Positions 20,184-28,227 of a stretch of DNA of 32,000 nt are shown here, piece after piece (the stretch's first letter is position 1; each line of letters starts with the position of its first letter). The stretch is taken from positions 570,001 to 602,000 of the forward strand of contig OZ252279.1 of NCBI GenBank assembly GCA_965250005.1, in the 5' to 3' direction. The stretch is from Demequinaceae bacterium (lineage in GTDB: Bacteria > Actinomycetota > Actinomycetes > Actinomycetales > Demequinaceae). A model generated the notes under the pieces. It was not told the origin of the DNA and searched no databases. It saw only the letters and a program-made list of their open reading frames with translations. The position numbers and the translations under genes are program-made.

Positions 20184-20383
20184 GTTCTGGATTTCCGTTC
20201 GTGATCTCACCGATTCGGACTCTGACGCTCGGTTGGCGCCACTCTAGGGTTTGTCGATTCCACGTTGTTCAATCGAAGTCGCGATTGACGCGCGCTAGCA
20301 AAAGATAAATGGTTCCACAAAACGCCCGGCCAGGCCCACGCGGCAATCGCAACCTCAATGCCCTCAGGCCCAAAACGCGCTCC

Positions 20384-20779
20384 CTAATTCGACGCGAAGT
20401 AGGCGCGCATCGGCCGGAAGTAGTTGTCTTCCCAGCCGCCGTCTTCGTAACTGCGGTCGTGCTCGGGAACGCGTGTGTGCAGCAGCGTCAGCCGCGTCCC
20501 GCCGTCGACGGGCTCAAGGAGCAGTTCAATCTGCGAGTCCTCGTCATCACCAGTGAATTCCGACGTCCGCCACGTCTGGACGATTCGCTTGCCGGGATCG
20601 AGTTCGAGCGTCGTGCCCCAGATGTACTCATCCCAGGCGGTGTACTTGCCGCCCACGGTCGCATCGACGGTCGCGTGCCCGCCTGTCATCGCGGTGTGGC
20701 CGCCGCTGCCCATCCAGGCGTCGTAGACGGCCTGCGGGCTCGCGTCGAAGGACTCGGACAATTGGAAGTCGTAACTCAT
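20384..20779 (-). CDS. SRPBCC/AHSA1 domain-containing protein
   Basis: MSYDFQLSESFDASPQAVYDAWMGSGGHTAMTGGHATVDATVGGKYTAWDEYIWGTTLELDPGKRIVQTWRTSEF...DGGTRLTLLHTRVPE...GWEDNYFRPMRAYF. Confidence 0.9.
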   Translation of the reverse strand: MSYDFQLSESFDASPQAVYDAWMGSGGHTAMTGGHATVDATVGGKYTAWDEYIWGTTLELDPGKRIVQTWRTSEFTGDDEDSQIELLLEPVDGGTRLTLLHTRVPEHDRSYEDGGWEDNYFRPMRAYFASN

Positions 20780-20829
20780 GTGGGCCTCCTGCTTCACCAG
20801 CGTATTGCTGGAGCCCGGGCCTGTGAAGG

Positions 20830-20904
20830 TGGTGGGCGATACTGGGTTCGAACCAGTGACCTCTTCCGTGTGAAGGAAGCGCGCTACCACTGCGCCAATC
20901 GCCC
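20830..20904 (-). tRNA. tRNA-Val (anticodon CAC), CCA encoded
   Basis: Reverse complement GGGCGATTGGCGCAGTGGTAGCGCGCTTCCTTCACACGGAAGAGGTCACTGGTTCGAACCCAGTATCGCCCACCA folds as a cloverleaf; anticodon stem CTTCC/GGAAG with loop TTCACAC. Confidence 0.96.
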
Positions 20905-20907
20905 GTC

Positions 20908-20924
20908 GGGTAGAAATCCTACCC
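20908..20924 (-). promoter_or_regulatory. Small inverted repeat (6-bp arms, 5-nt loop) between pabC stop and tRNA-Val(CAC)
   Basis: Minus strand GGGTAG-GATTT-CTACCC lies directly after the pabC TAA and 3 nt before the tRNA 5' end. Function unknown; no U-tract. Confidence 0.4.
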
Positions 20925-21797
20925 TTACGTCGCGCGTGGTGGAGCCGGGTCCGGATCCGCGTCCGCGCTCGCCTCGAACACCTGGCGAAGCCTGGGCAGC
21001 AGCGGGCCAGGCGTCACGTCCGCGCCATCCATGGACGTCACCATTTGGACGCCGCGCGTGACCGACGAGACGGCTGCTCCGGCCTCGCGGCGCAGCACCT
21101 CGTCAAGCACCGCCATCTCCAGCTCACCCGGCGCGGCGACACGCACAGGCAAGCCCGCGCCCACGCCCCACTCGAGCGCGAGTCCGCGCGCAATCCCAGG
21201 CAGACAGCCGCTCGCCAGCGGTGGCGTCAGGATCTCGCCGCCTCGCTCGATAAAGATGTTGGTCGAGGTTCCCTCGCACAGGTGGCCATGCGTGTTGGAC
21301 ACTATTGCCTCGTCGCCGCCGCGGTCCGTCGCATAGGCGAGCATCATGACGTTCTCCGCGTACGACGTGGTCTTGACTCCGGCGAGCACGGACCTTTCAT
21401 TGCGTTTCCACGGGGCGCGGACCGCCTTACACGTGCGCGGACGGACCCCCGGCGCTCCCGCGATAACCACCGTGGGCGCGCCGCCGGAGCGCCCCATGCC
21501 TAGCGGTCCCGTGCCCGACGTGACGGTCACCCGAATGCGGATCAGCTTGCCCTCGCCCGCGGCAAGCACGTCGTGTATGCCGTTGGCGATGTAGCCCCGG
21601 TCCACATTTGGAAGGCTCATTCGGTCAAGCGAGTACTGGAGCCGGCCAAGGTGCCGGGTCAGGGCGAACGCCTGATTGTTGCGGATCGCTATGGTTTCGA
21701 ATACTCCGTCGCCCACCGTGAACCCGTGGTCGAGCGGGCTAATGAAAACATCGCCTGGAGAGCGGACCTCGCCATTCGCCCACACAATCACGCTCAT
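20925..21797 (-). CDS. pabC: Class IV aminotransferase, probable aminodeoxychorismate lyase
   Basis: SPLDHGFTVGDGVFETIAIRN, LIRIRVTVTSG, TSYAENVMMLAYATDRGGDEAIVSNTHGHLCEGTSTNIFIE...TPPLASGCLPGIAR; directly follows a PabB-like gene. Confidence 0.85.
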   Translation of the reverse strand: MSVIVWANGEVRSPGDVFISPLDHGFTVGDGVFETIAIRNNQAFALTRHLGRLQYSLDRMSLPNVDRGYIANGIHDVLAAGEGKLIRIRVTVTSGTGPLGMGRSGGAPTVVIAGAPGVRPRTCKAVRAPWKRNERSVLAGVKTTSYAENVMMLAYATDRGGDEAIVSNTHGHLCEGTSTNIFIERGGEILTPPLASGCLPGIARGLALEWGVGAGLPVRVAAPGELEMAVLDEVLRREAGAAVSSVTRGVQMVTSMDGADVTPGPLLPRLRQVFEASADADPDPAPPRAT

Positions 21798-22903
21798 GTG
21801 GTCATTGTCCCTGCCGAGGCGAGGCCTATCAAATTCTGTGCCTTAAGTTCGGTTTCGGCCCATTCCCCTGCAGCGTCGCTCCCCCACGTGATCCCTGCTC
21901 CCGTGCCAAAGTGGATCTGCCCGCCCGCCTCTGGCGTCCACCAGAAGGTGCGGATGCCCACGGCGAGCTCGGCGCGGCGGGCGTCCCCATCAATCCAGCC
22001 GATGCCCCCACAGTACGGCCCGCGGGCGGCCGTCTCCTCGCGGGCAATGATCCGAAGCGCGCTCGACTTAGGCGCCCCAGACACCGAGCCCGGAGGGAAC
22101 GTCCCGTCGAGCAGTCGCGGCCACATCTGGCTGGTCCAGTCCGCGTCGGGCGCGAGCGTAGCCTCGACGGTTGACTGCAGGTGGACCAGCCCGGGGTGCT
22201 CGTGCTCGGCAAGGAATTCGGGGACGCACACCGTTCCGGGCCGCGCCACGTGCGAGAGGTCGTTGCGGATGAGGTCGGTGATCATGACGTTCTCCGCGCT
22301 ATCCTTCTCGAGCATCGGGACCCCCGGCGCGGCGGTGCCCTTGATGGGCGCCGACATCACGGTGTCACCGCGCACGCCCAGGTACAGCTCCGGCGACGCC
22401 GACACCACCCACACGCCCGGGTGTTCGTCGGACTCGGGGATGGTGATGCGGGCCGCGTGTCGCGCGGGGTTGCCCACCGCGAGCAACTCGGAAAGCGCGA
22501 CCGCGTCTGGCCCGCCCGGGCCTGCGTGCAGTGGCGCGGACATCACGCGGCACAAATTGACTTGATAGACGTCGCCCGCGCGCACGTCTTCGCGGATGCG
22601 CCCCACTCCCGCCATGTACTGCTCGCGGTCCAGCGAGGTCGCCCAGGTGCTCGCGTCGGGGCCTCGCCACACGCGCGACGGTTCGGGCGCCTGTTTGACG
22701 GGTTTGGTGTGCTCCACATCGGCGAAGCGCCAGGCGCGCAGGTCCCCCTCGAAGGTCGCGACCAGCACCCAGAAACCGCCTTCGGACAACCGCTGACCGT
22801 CGCGCGCAACGTCGATTGACTCGACCACGTTTGATGCGCGGACGCCACGAAACTCGGCGCTCCCGCGCGTCGCTTCACCGCCGTCCGTGGTCACGCCCTC
22901 CAC
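21794..22903 (-). CDS. pabB: Chorismate-binding protein, probable aminodeoxychorismate synthase component I
   Basis: REDVRAGDVYQVNLCRVMSA, SASPELYL, IKGTAAPG, MITDLIRNDLSHVARPGTV, FPPGSVSGAPK, RGPYCGGIGWIDGD; ATGA overlap with pabC. Confidence 0.9.
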   Translation of the reverse strand: MEGVTTDGGEATRGSAEFRGVRASNVVESIDVARDGQRLSEGGFWVLVATFEGDLRAWRFADVEHTKPVKQAPEPSRVWRGPDASTWATSLDREQYMAGVGRIREDVRAGDVYQVNLCRVMSAPLHAGPGGPDAVALSELLAVGNPARHAARITIPESDEHPGVWVVSASPELYLGVRGDTVMSAPIKGTAAPGVPMLEKDSAENVMITDLIRNDLSHVARPGTVCVPEFLAEHEHPGLVHLQSTVEATLAPDADWTSQMWPRLLDGTFPPGSVSGAPKSSALRIIAREETAARGPYCGGIGWIDGDARRAELAVGIRTFWWTPEAGGQIHFGTGAGITWGSDAAGEWAETELKAQNLIGLASAGTMTT

Positions 22904-22948
22904 CGTAGTCTGGCGGGCCGCACGCCGCGGCTCGCGGGCCTGGGGCTG

Positions 22949-22978
22949 GTTGGACTGGCCCCCCGTTGTCGGCTATTG
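22949..22978 (+). promoter_or_regulatory. Candidate promoter for the tRNA-Gly-Cys-Val cluster
   Basis: TTGGAC (22949-22954), 18-nt spacer, TATTGT (22973-22978), about 25 nt upstream of tRNA-Gly at 23004. Pattern match only. Confidence 0.4.
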
Positions 22979-23003
22979 TCAATACCCGTTGCTTCAGCAA
23001 CAT

Positions 23004-23075
23004 GCGGACGTAGCTCAGCGGTAGAGCATCACCTTGCCAAGGTGAGGGTCGCGGGTTCAAATCCCGTCGTCCGCT
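23004..23075 (+). tRNA. tRNA-Gly (anticodon GCC)
   Basis: GCGGACGTAGCTCAGCGGTAGAGCATCACCTTGCCAAGGTGAGGGTCGCGGGTTCAAATCCCGTCGTCCGCT; anticodon stem CACCT/AGGTG with loop TGCCA region. Confidence 0.96.
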
Positions 23076-23101
23076 CGGATTAGGATGGAAATCCACTCAT
23101 T

Positions 23102-23172
23102 GGTGGAGTGGCCGAGTGGCTAGGCAGCGGCCTGCAAAGCCGTATACGTGGGTTCGAATCCCATCTCCACCT
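23102..23172 (+). tRNA. tRNA-Cys (anticodon GCA)
   Basis: GGTGGAGTGGCCGAGTGGCTAGGCAGCGGCCTGCAAAGCCGTATACGTGGGTTCGAATCCCATCTCCACCT; anticodon loop CTGCAAA. Confidence 0.95.
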
Positions 23173-23177
23173 CGCAT

Positions 23178-23252
23178 GGGCGATTGGCGCAGCGGTAGCG
23201 CGCTTCCCTGACACGGAAGAGGTCACTGGTTCGATCCCAGTATCGCCCACCA
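23178..23252 (+). tRNA. tRNA-Val (anticodon GAC), CCA encoded
   Basis: GGGCGATTGGCGCAGCGGTAGCGCGCTTCCCTGACACGGAAGAGGTCACTGGTTCGATCCCAGTATCGCCCACCA; anticodon loop CTGACAC. Confidence 0.96.
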
Positions 23253-23255
23253 CCT

Positions 23256-23277
23256 AGGCCCCCTTCGGGGGCCTTTC
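23256..23277 (+). terminator. Intrinsic terminator-like hairpin after the tRNA cluster
   Basis: AGGCCCCC-TTC-GGGGGCCT then TTC; 8-bp GC-rich stem in a CUUCGG context, 4 nt after the tRNA-Val CCA and between it and the convergent DUF1684 gene. Confidence 0.75.
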
Positions 23278-23282
23278 GTGTT

Positions 23283-23894
23283 CTAGCGGCCGACAGGGCG
23301 GTACTGCTCCCCCACCGGCACAGGTTCACCGAGCGTGTTGCCTTTCCCTGGCAACGGGCACACCCACTGCGAGTCGTACGCGCACGACGCCTGGTACGCG
23401 AAGTTGAGATCCAAAATGAGCCGGCCGTCGTCCTCGCCGAGGTCCGCCCCCTTGACCGTGTCGATCAGATAGCGGCCGCCGCCATAGGTGGTTGAGCCAC
23501 TCGTGGCGTCGCGCAACGGAACGAAGATTCCGCCCCCGTAGGACGCGAGCCACCAGACGTCTAGCAACCCCAGTCCCGGCAGTGTCAAGCGGCCAATGCG
23601 TTCGAGCGGGATGGTGCCGTCGGTCGCGGTCGCGACTTCCCGGCGCTCGGCCGGGGCATCGTCCATCGGCACTAGGAACCGGAACGCGGGGTCGTACGGC
23701 GCCACGCTAGCGCCGGGGTAGGCGGCGCGTTGCTCGGGCGCGACGGGCGATGCCGGGTGCGACGTCAGTAGCCGATCGCGGTGCTCCACCCAGCCCGCGT
23801 GCGCTAGCGCCGGGTCGGGCTGCGCGCGGACGGCGCGATACATGTCGAAGACCTCGCGGCGCCAATCAACCACGTCCTGCGCGTCGCTTGCCAT
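23283..23894 (-). CDS. DUF1684 domain-containing protein
   Basis: FVPLRDATSGSTTYGGGRYLIDTVKGADLG...LILDLNFAYQASCAYDSQWVCPLPGKGNTLGEPVPVGEQ; start taken at MASDAQDVVDWR (23894). Confidence 0.85.
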   Translation of the reverse strand: MASDAQDVVDWRREVFDMYRAVRAQPDPALAHAGWVEHRDRLLTSHPASPVAPEQRAAYPGASVAPYDPAFRFLVPMDDAPAERREVATATDGTIPLERIGRLTLPGLGLLDVWWLASYGGGIFVPLRDATSGSTTYGGGRYLIDTVKGADLGEDDGRLILDLNFAYQASCAYDSQWVCPLPGKGNTLGEPVPVGEQYRPVGR

Positions 23895-23960
23895 GGCGTC
23901 ATCGTACGGGGGCTGGGCCCGGCGCTGGCAGAATGGCCACATGACATCTGGCGAGGCACC

Positions 23961-26468
23961 GTGAGCGCCGCTGCCGAGCAGTCGCGCCGCCTAGGCCACC
24001 GCGCGGGCGCAACGGTGCCACTGTCCACATACCGACTCCAGCTCACCAGCGCTTTCACCTTCGCCGACGCCCAGGCTCGCCTGCCGTATCTCGCGGCGCT
24101 CGGCGTAAGCCACCTCTACCTGTCGCCCATTCTCACGGCAGCGCCCGGCTCCACCCACTTCTACGACGTGGTAGATCACTCGCAGGTTTCTGCGGAGCTC
24201 GGCGGCGAGGCCAGGCTACGCTCCCTCGCCTCCGCCGCCCGCGAACTGGGGATGGGGCTGATCGCGGACCTGGTTCCTAACCACATGTCCGTCCCCACGC
24301 CCGCGTTCCACAACAAGACCCTATGGTCGGTGCTGGCCGAGGGGCCCGAGTCCCCGTACGCGCACTGGTTCGACATGGATTGGGACACCGGCGACTCACT
24401 CCTCATGCCCGTGCTCGGCCAGCGCATCGGAACCGTCCTCGCCGCGGGCGAACTGACCGTGGACGCGCTCGCGATTCCCGGCGACGACGGCACCGAGGTT
24501 CCCGTGCTGCGGTACTTCGACCACGTGTTCCCCATTAAGCCCGGCACGGAATCGCTGCCGCTGGCGGAGCTGGTGGACCAGCAGCACTATCGGCTCGCCT
24601 ACTGGAGGGTCGCGAACGAGGAACTCAATTACCGCAGGTTCTTCGACGTGGGCTCGCTCGTGGCTGTGCGGGTCGAGGATCCCGACGTGTTCGAGGCCAC
24701 GCACCGCGTGATCGTGGACCTGGTGCGCGACGGCGTGCTCGACGGACTACGAGTAGATCACCCGGACGGACTTGCCGACCCGGGCGGCTACCTCGACCGA
24801 CTCTCCGAGGCCACCGACGGCGCGTGGATCGTGGTCGAGAAGATCCTGGAGGACGAGGAGCGGCTGCCGCGTTCATGGCCCACGGCAGGAACCACCGGGT
24901 ACGACGCGTCCTGGCGCATCGGCGCATTGCTACGCGACCCGTCGGGCGCGGCGCCGCTCGCAGCCACCCTGCACCGGGTCACGGGTGACGCCATGGGCGG
25001 GCTACCGGCGCTAATTGACGAGGCCAAACGCGAGATCGTCAAGGACTCCCTCAGCTCCGAACTGCACCGCCTGACAACCGTCGCACACAGCGTCTGCGTG
25101 TCCGACGTACGCCTGCGCGACCACACGTACCGGGCGCTGTACGACTGCCTGCGGGCAATGCTTGTCGCGTTCGACCGGTACCGCGCATACGTTGTCGCTG
25201 GCGTCCCACCCAAGCAGACATCCCTTGATGCAATCGATGCTGCCGCCGATCGCGCGAGAGCCGTACTCGACGCCGAACGGCTCGAGACACTCGAGGTGGT
25301 CGTTGACCTCATCAAGGGCGCGGAGGTGGGTAGCGCCGGGCGAACCGCAGACGCGGATCGCGGCGAGATCGTCACCCGCTTCCAGCAGGCATGCGGAGCA
25401 GTCATGGCCAAAGGCATCGAGGACACCTCCTACTACCGCTGGACACACCTGTTGGCGCTGTGCGAGGTCGGTAGCCCCGCGGCCCGGTTCGCGCTGCCTC
25501 CGGCCAATTTCCACGCATGGGCGGCGGAGCAGCAGGCCCAGTACCCGCACACGATGACCACCCTCACCACTCATGACGTCAAGCGCTCCGAAGACGTGCG
25601 AGCCCGGCTCGGGGTGCTGAGCGAGGCTGCCGAAGAGTGGGACCGCCTGGTGGATGCACTTCGCGTCGCGAGCGAGTCCCTTCGCCCGCCCGAGCTCGAC
25701 GGCCGGATGGAGAACCTCTGGTGGCAGACCGCGGCCGCCACTTTCAGCGACGATGGCCCGATGGCCTGGGACCGGCTCGAGGGATACCTAACCAAGGCGA
25801 TGCGCGAGGCCAAGACGCACACCACTTGGACTGCCGTGAACGAACGCTACGAGGCGGCCGTGCTGGTATTCGCGCGCGCGACACTTGACACCGCTGGCGT
25901 TGCGGAACTGCTCGCCGAATGGCGGGACCAGATGGCCCCAGCGGTGCGGCAATCGACATTGTCAATGAAACTCATCCAGTTGACGATGCCGGGCGTCCCG
26001 GACGTCTACCAGGGCAACGAGACTGTCATGCCGAGCCTTGTTGATCCAGACAACCGCCGTCCCGTGGACTTCGACGCCCTCCAGTCCGTCACCGAGCGGC
26101 TGCACTCCAGCGCCAAGCCGCGCACGCTCGCCGAGGAAAAGCTGTGGGTTACCACGGGCTCGCTTCACGCTCGGCGCGACATGCCAGGCGCGTTCGTAGG
26201 AGAGCAGTGCGGCTATGAGCCGCTCCCGGCATCGTCCGGGCACGCCGTGGTATTCGCGCGCACCATCGCGGGAGTCCCGGAAGCCGTCGCGGTCGCCACG
26301 CGCGCGGGACGCAGTCTCGACGAACTCGGTGGATGGAGCGACAACACCATGACGCTCCCCGACGGCGAGTGGCGGGATGTATTCACGGGCGCGCTGTTCC
26401 CCGGCGGCAGCGCCGCTCTTGCAGACGTACTGGGTTCGTTGCCTGTGGCCTTACTGGTGAGGAACTAG
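23961..26468 (+). CDS. treY: Malto-oligosyltrehalose synthase
   Basis: 835 aa; STYRLQLTSAFTFADAQARLPYLAALGVSHLYLSPILTAAPGSTHFYDVVDHSQVSAELGG, LIADLVPNHMS, LRVDHPDGLADPGGYLDRL, TTHDVKRSEDVRARL, MKLIQLTMPGVPDVYQGNE. Confidence 0.97.
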   Translation: MSAAAEQSRRLGHRAGATVPLSTYRLQLTSAFTFADAQARLPYLAALGVSHLYLSPILTAAPGSTHFYDVVDHSQVSAELGGEARLRSLASAARELGMGLIADLVPNHMSVPTPAFHNKTLWSVLAEGPESPYAHWFDMDWDTGDSLLMPVLGQRIGTVLAAGELTVDALAIPGDDGTEVPVLRYFDHVFPIKPGTESLPLAELVDQQHYRLAYWRVANEELNYRRFFDVGSLVAVRVEDPDVFEATHRVIVDLVRDGVLDGLRVDHPDGLADPGGYLDRLSEATDGAWIVVEKILEDEERLPRSWPTAGTTGYDASWRIGALLRDPSGAAPLAATLHRVTGDAMGGLPALIDEAKREIVKDSLSSELHRLTTVAHSVCVSDVRLRDHTYRALYDCLRAMLVAFDRYRAYVVAGVPPKQTSLDAIDAAADRARAVLDAERLETLEVVVDLIKGAEVGSAGRTADADRGEIVTRFQQACGAVMAKGIEDTSYYRWTHLLALCEVGSPAARFALPPANFHAWAAEQQAQYPHTMTTLTTHDVKRSEDVRARLGVLSEAAEEWDRLVDALRVASESLRPPELDGRMENLWWQTAAATFSDDGPMAWDRLEGYLTKAMREAKTHTTWTAVNERYEAAVLVFARATLDTAGVAELLAEWRDQMAPAVRQSTLSMKLIQLTMPGVPDVYQGNETVMPSLVDPDNRRPVDFDALQSVTERLHSSAKPRTLAEEKLWVTTGSLHARRDMPGAFVGEQCGYEPLPASSGHAVVFARTIAGVPEAVAVATRAGRSLDELGGWSDNTMTLPDGEWRDVFTGALFPGGSAALADVLGSLPVALLVRN

Positions 26469-26470
26469 CG

Positions 26471-28219
26471 ATGCACGTCAGCGTGTGGGCGCCCGGAGCG
26501 AAGCAGGTGCGTGTCCACACCGGCCCGCCTGAGGCACGCGCGATCGCCGACCTTGAGCCACGCGCGTCCTCCGACCGCGACGGGTGGTGGGACGGCCCGC
26601 GCCTGGACCACGGCACGGACTACGCCTTCGAAATCGACGGACGCGGGCCATTCCCGGACCCGCGCAGCAGCCGGCAACCGTACGGCGTTCACGGCTTCTC
26701 TCGCGTGTTCGATTCCGCGCTATTCATGTGGAACGACCGCGCGTGGAAGGGTCGGGACGCCCGCGGCGCCCTCACCTACGAAATGCACGTGGGCACGTTC
26801 ACGCCGCAGGGCACGCTCGACGCGGCGGCCGGGCAGCTCAGCGACCTCGCCAAACTCGGCATCCAGATGGTCGAACTCATGCCGCTCGCGCCCTTTCCCG
26901 GGCGCCACGGATGGGGCTACGACGGCGTATCAATCTGTGCGGTACACGAGGGCTACGGCGGGCCCGCGGCGCTTCAACGGTTTGTCGACAAGGCGCACTC
27001 GAAGGGCATCGGCGTGTGCCTAGACGTGGTCTACAACCACATGGGTCCATCGGGGAATTACCTCAGCCAATTCGGGCCGTACTTCACTGACGCCCACCAC
27101 ACGCCATGGGGCGAGGCCGTGAATCTGGACCAGGCGGGGTCCAGCGAGGTGCGTAAGTATTTCATCGACAACGCAGTGCGATGGTTCGACGCGTTCCACG
27201 TAGACGCCCTACGGCTCGACGCTGTACACGAGCTCAAGGATTCGTCCGACGCGCACTTCCTTGCGGCGCTCTCGCTACGCGTCCGGGGACTCTCGAAGGA
27301 TCTGGGCCGCCCGCTGTCGCTCATCGCCGAATCCGACCTCAATGACGACCGCATGGTCACCCCCGCCGTCCAGGGCGGGCTGGGCATGACCGCGCAGTGG
27401 AACGACGACGTCCACCACGCGCTCCACGCGTACCTCACGGGCGAGCGACACGGGTACTACGTCGATTTTGGGTCGATCGAGACACTCGACAAGGTGTACC
27501 GCGACGTGTTCTGGCACGACGGTAACTTTTCGACATTCCGCGATCGCCACTGGGGACGTCCCATCTCCCCGGAGCGCGACCGCCGGCAGTTCGTGGTGTC
27601 CGCATCGAACCACGACCAGGTGGGCAACCGCGCCCTGGGCGACCGCCCGTCAACCTCGCTGACCCCCGGCGCCCAGGCCGCCTCGCTAGCCTTCATTCTG
27701 CTCGGGCCGTTCACGCCGATGCTGTTCATGGGCGAGGAGTACGGCGAGACGCGGCCGTTCATGTTCTTTACCGATCACGACGATCCCGAGCTTGCCCGGT
27801 CCGTGTCCGACGGCCGCGCACGGGAGTTCGCTGGCCACGGGTGGGACGCGGTCTACGGGGGGCCGATTACCGTTCCCGATCCCCAGGATCCTGACACATA
27901 CCGGCGCTCCAAACTGGGCGCGGGCCTCGCTGCAGGCGGATCTGTCCCAGAACTCCTACGCGAGTGGTTTGCGCACCTCATCGCCGCGCGAGAGCTTCAC
28001 GCACGCGCGTGGGAACGGTTCCCAGCAGGCGTCTCGGAGCGTGCCGATCGGGTGGTGACCATGCACGGTCCTGTAGCCGTTCACGCCAACCTTTCGCCGG
28101 CGCCGGTAGTGTTCGATGGCGTGGCGCCGCTCGCGGTATTCGGCGACGTGACCGTGACGGTCGCGGGCTGCGAGCTCGCCCCCGACGCGGTGATACTAGA
28201 AGATCTAGACGGGTTCTAG
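26471..28219 (+). CDS. treZ: Malto-oligosyltrehalose trehalohydrolase
   Basis: MHVSVWAPGAKQVRVHT..., LTYEMHVGTFTPQGTLDAA, GWGYDGVSICAVHEGYGGP, DVVYNHMGPSGNYL, ALRLDAVHEL, SNHDQVGNR, LLGPFTPMLFMGEEYGE. Track ORF starts 26333 inside treY; ATG at 26471 is the natural start. Confidence 0.96.
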   Translation: MHVSVWAPGAKQVRVHTGPPEARAIADLEPRASSDRDGWWDGPRLDHGTDYAFEIDGRGPFPDPRSSRQPYGVHGFSRVFDSALFMWNDRAWKGRDARGALTYEMHVGTFTPQGTLDAAAGQLSDLAKLGIQMVELMPLAPFPGRHGWGYDGVSICAVHEGYGGPAALQRFVDKAHSKGIGVCLDVVYNHMGPSGNYLSQFGPYFTDAHHTPWGEAVNLDQAGSSEVRKYFIDNAVRWFDAFHVDALRLDAVHELKDSSDAHFLAALSLRVRGLSKDLGRPLSLIAESDLNDDRMVTPAVQGGLGMTAQWNDDVHHALHAYLTGERHGYYVDFGSIETLDKVYRDVFWHDGNFSTFRDRHWGRPISPERDRRQFVVSASNHDQVGNRALGDRPSTSLTPGAQAASLAFILLGPFTPMLFMGEEYGETRPFMFFTDHDDPELARSVSDGRAREFAGHGWDAVYGGPITVPDPQDPDTYRRSKLGAGLAAGGSVPELLREWFAHLIAARELHARAWERFPAGVSERADRVVTMHGPVAVHANLSPAPVVFDGVAPLAVFGDVTVTVAGCELAPDAVILEDLDGF

Positions 28220-28227
28220 GAGCGGCG

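Noticed and set aside
20780-20890. N-terminal extension MVARFLHTEEVTGSNPVSP... of the AHSA1 ORF
   Set aside because: It is a translation through the tRNA-Val(CAC) gene, a classic annotation artefact; the real start is MSYDF at 20779.
20309-21061. 250-aa plus-strand ORF spanning the tRNA-Val(CAC) antisense (RYWVRTSDLFRVKEARYHCANRPSG)
   Set aside because: Overlaps the AHSA1 gene, the tRNA and pabC; tRNA-derived peptide signature.
23004-23252. Possible attachment site for an integrated mobile element at the tRNA cluster
   Set aside because: Flanking genes are ordinary (pabB, DUF1684, treY), and no integrase, transposase or att-like direct repeat was seen.
22875-23329. Small minus-strand ORFs with SGRRDLNPRPSPWQG and YWDRTSDLFRVREARYRCANRP
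   Set aside because: These peptides come from translating the antisense of tRNA-Gly, tRNA-Cys and tRNA-Val genes and are well-known spurious ORF sequences.
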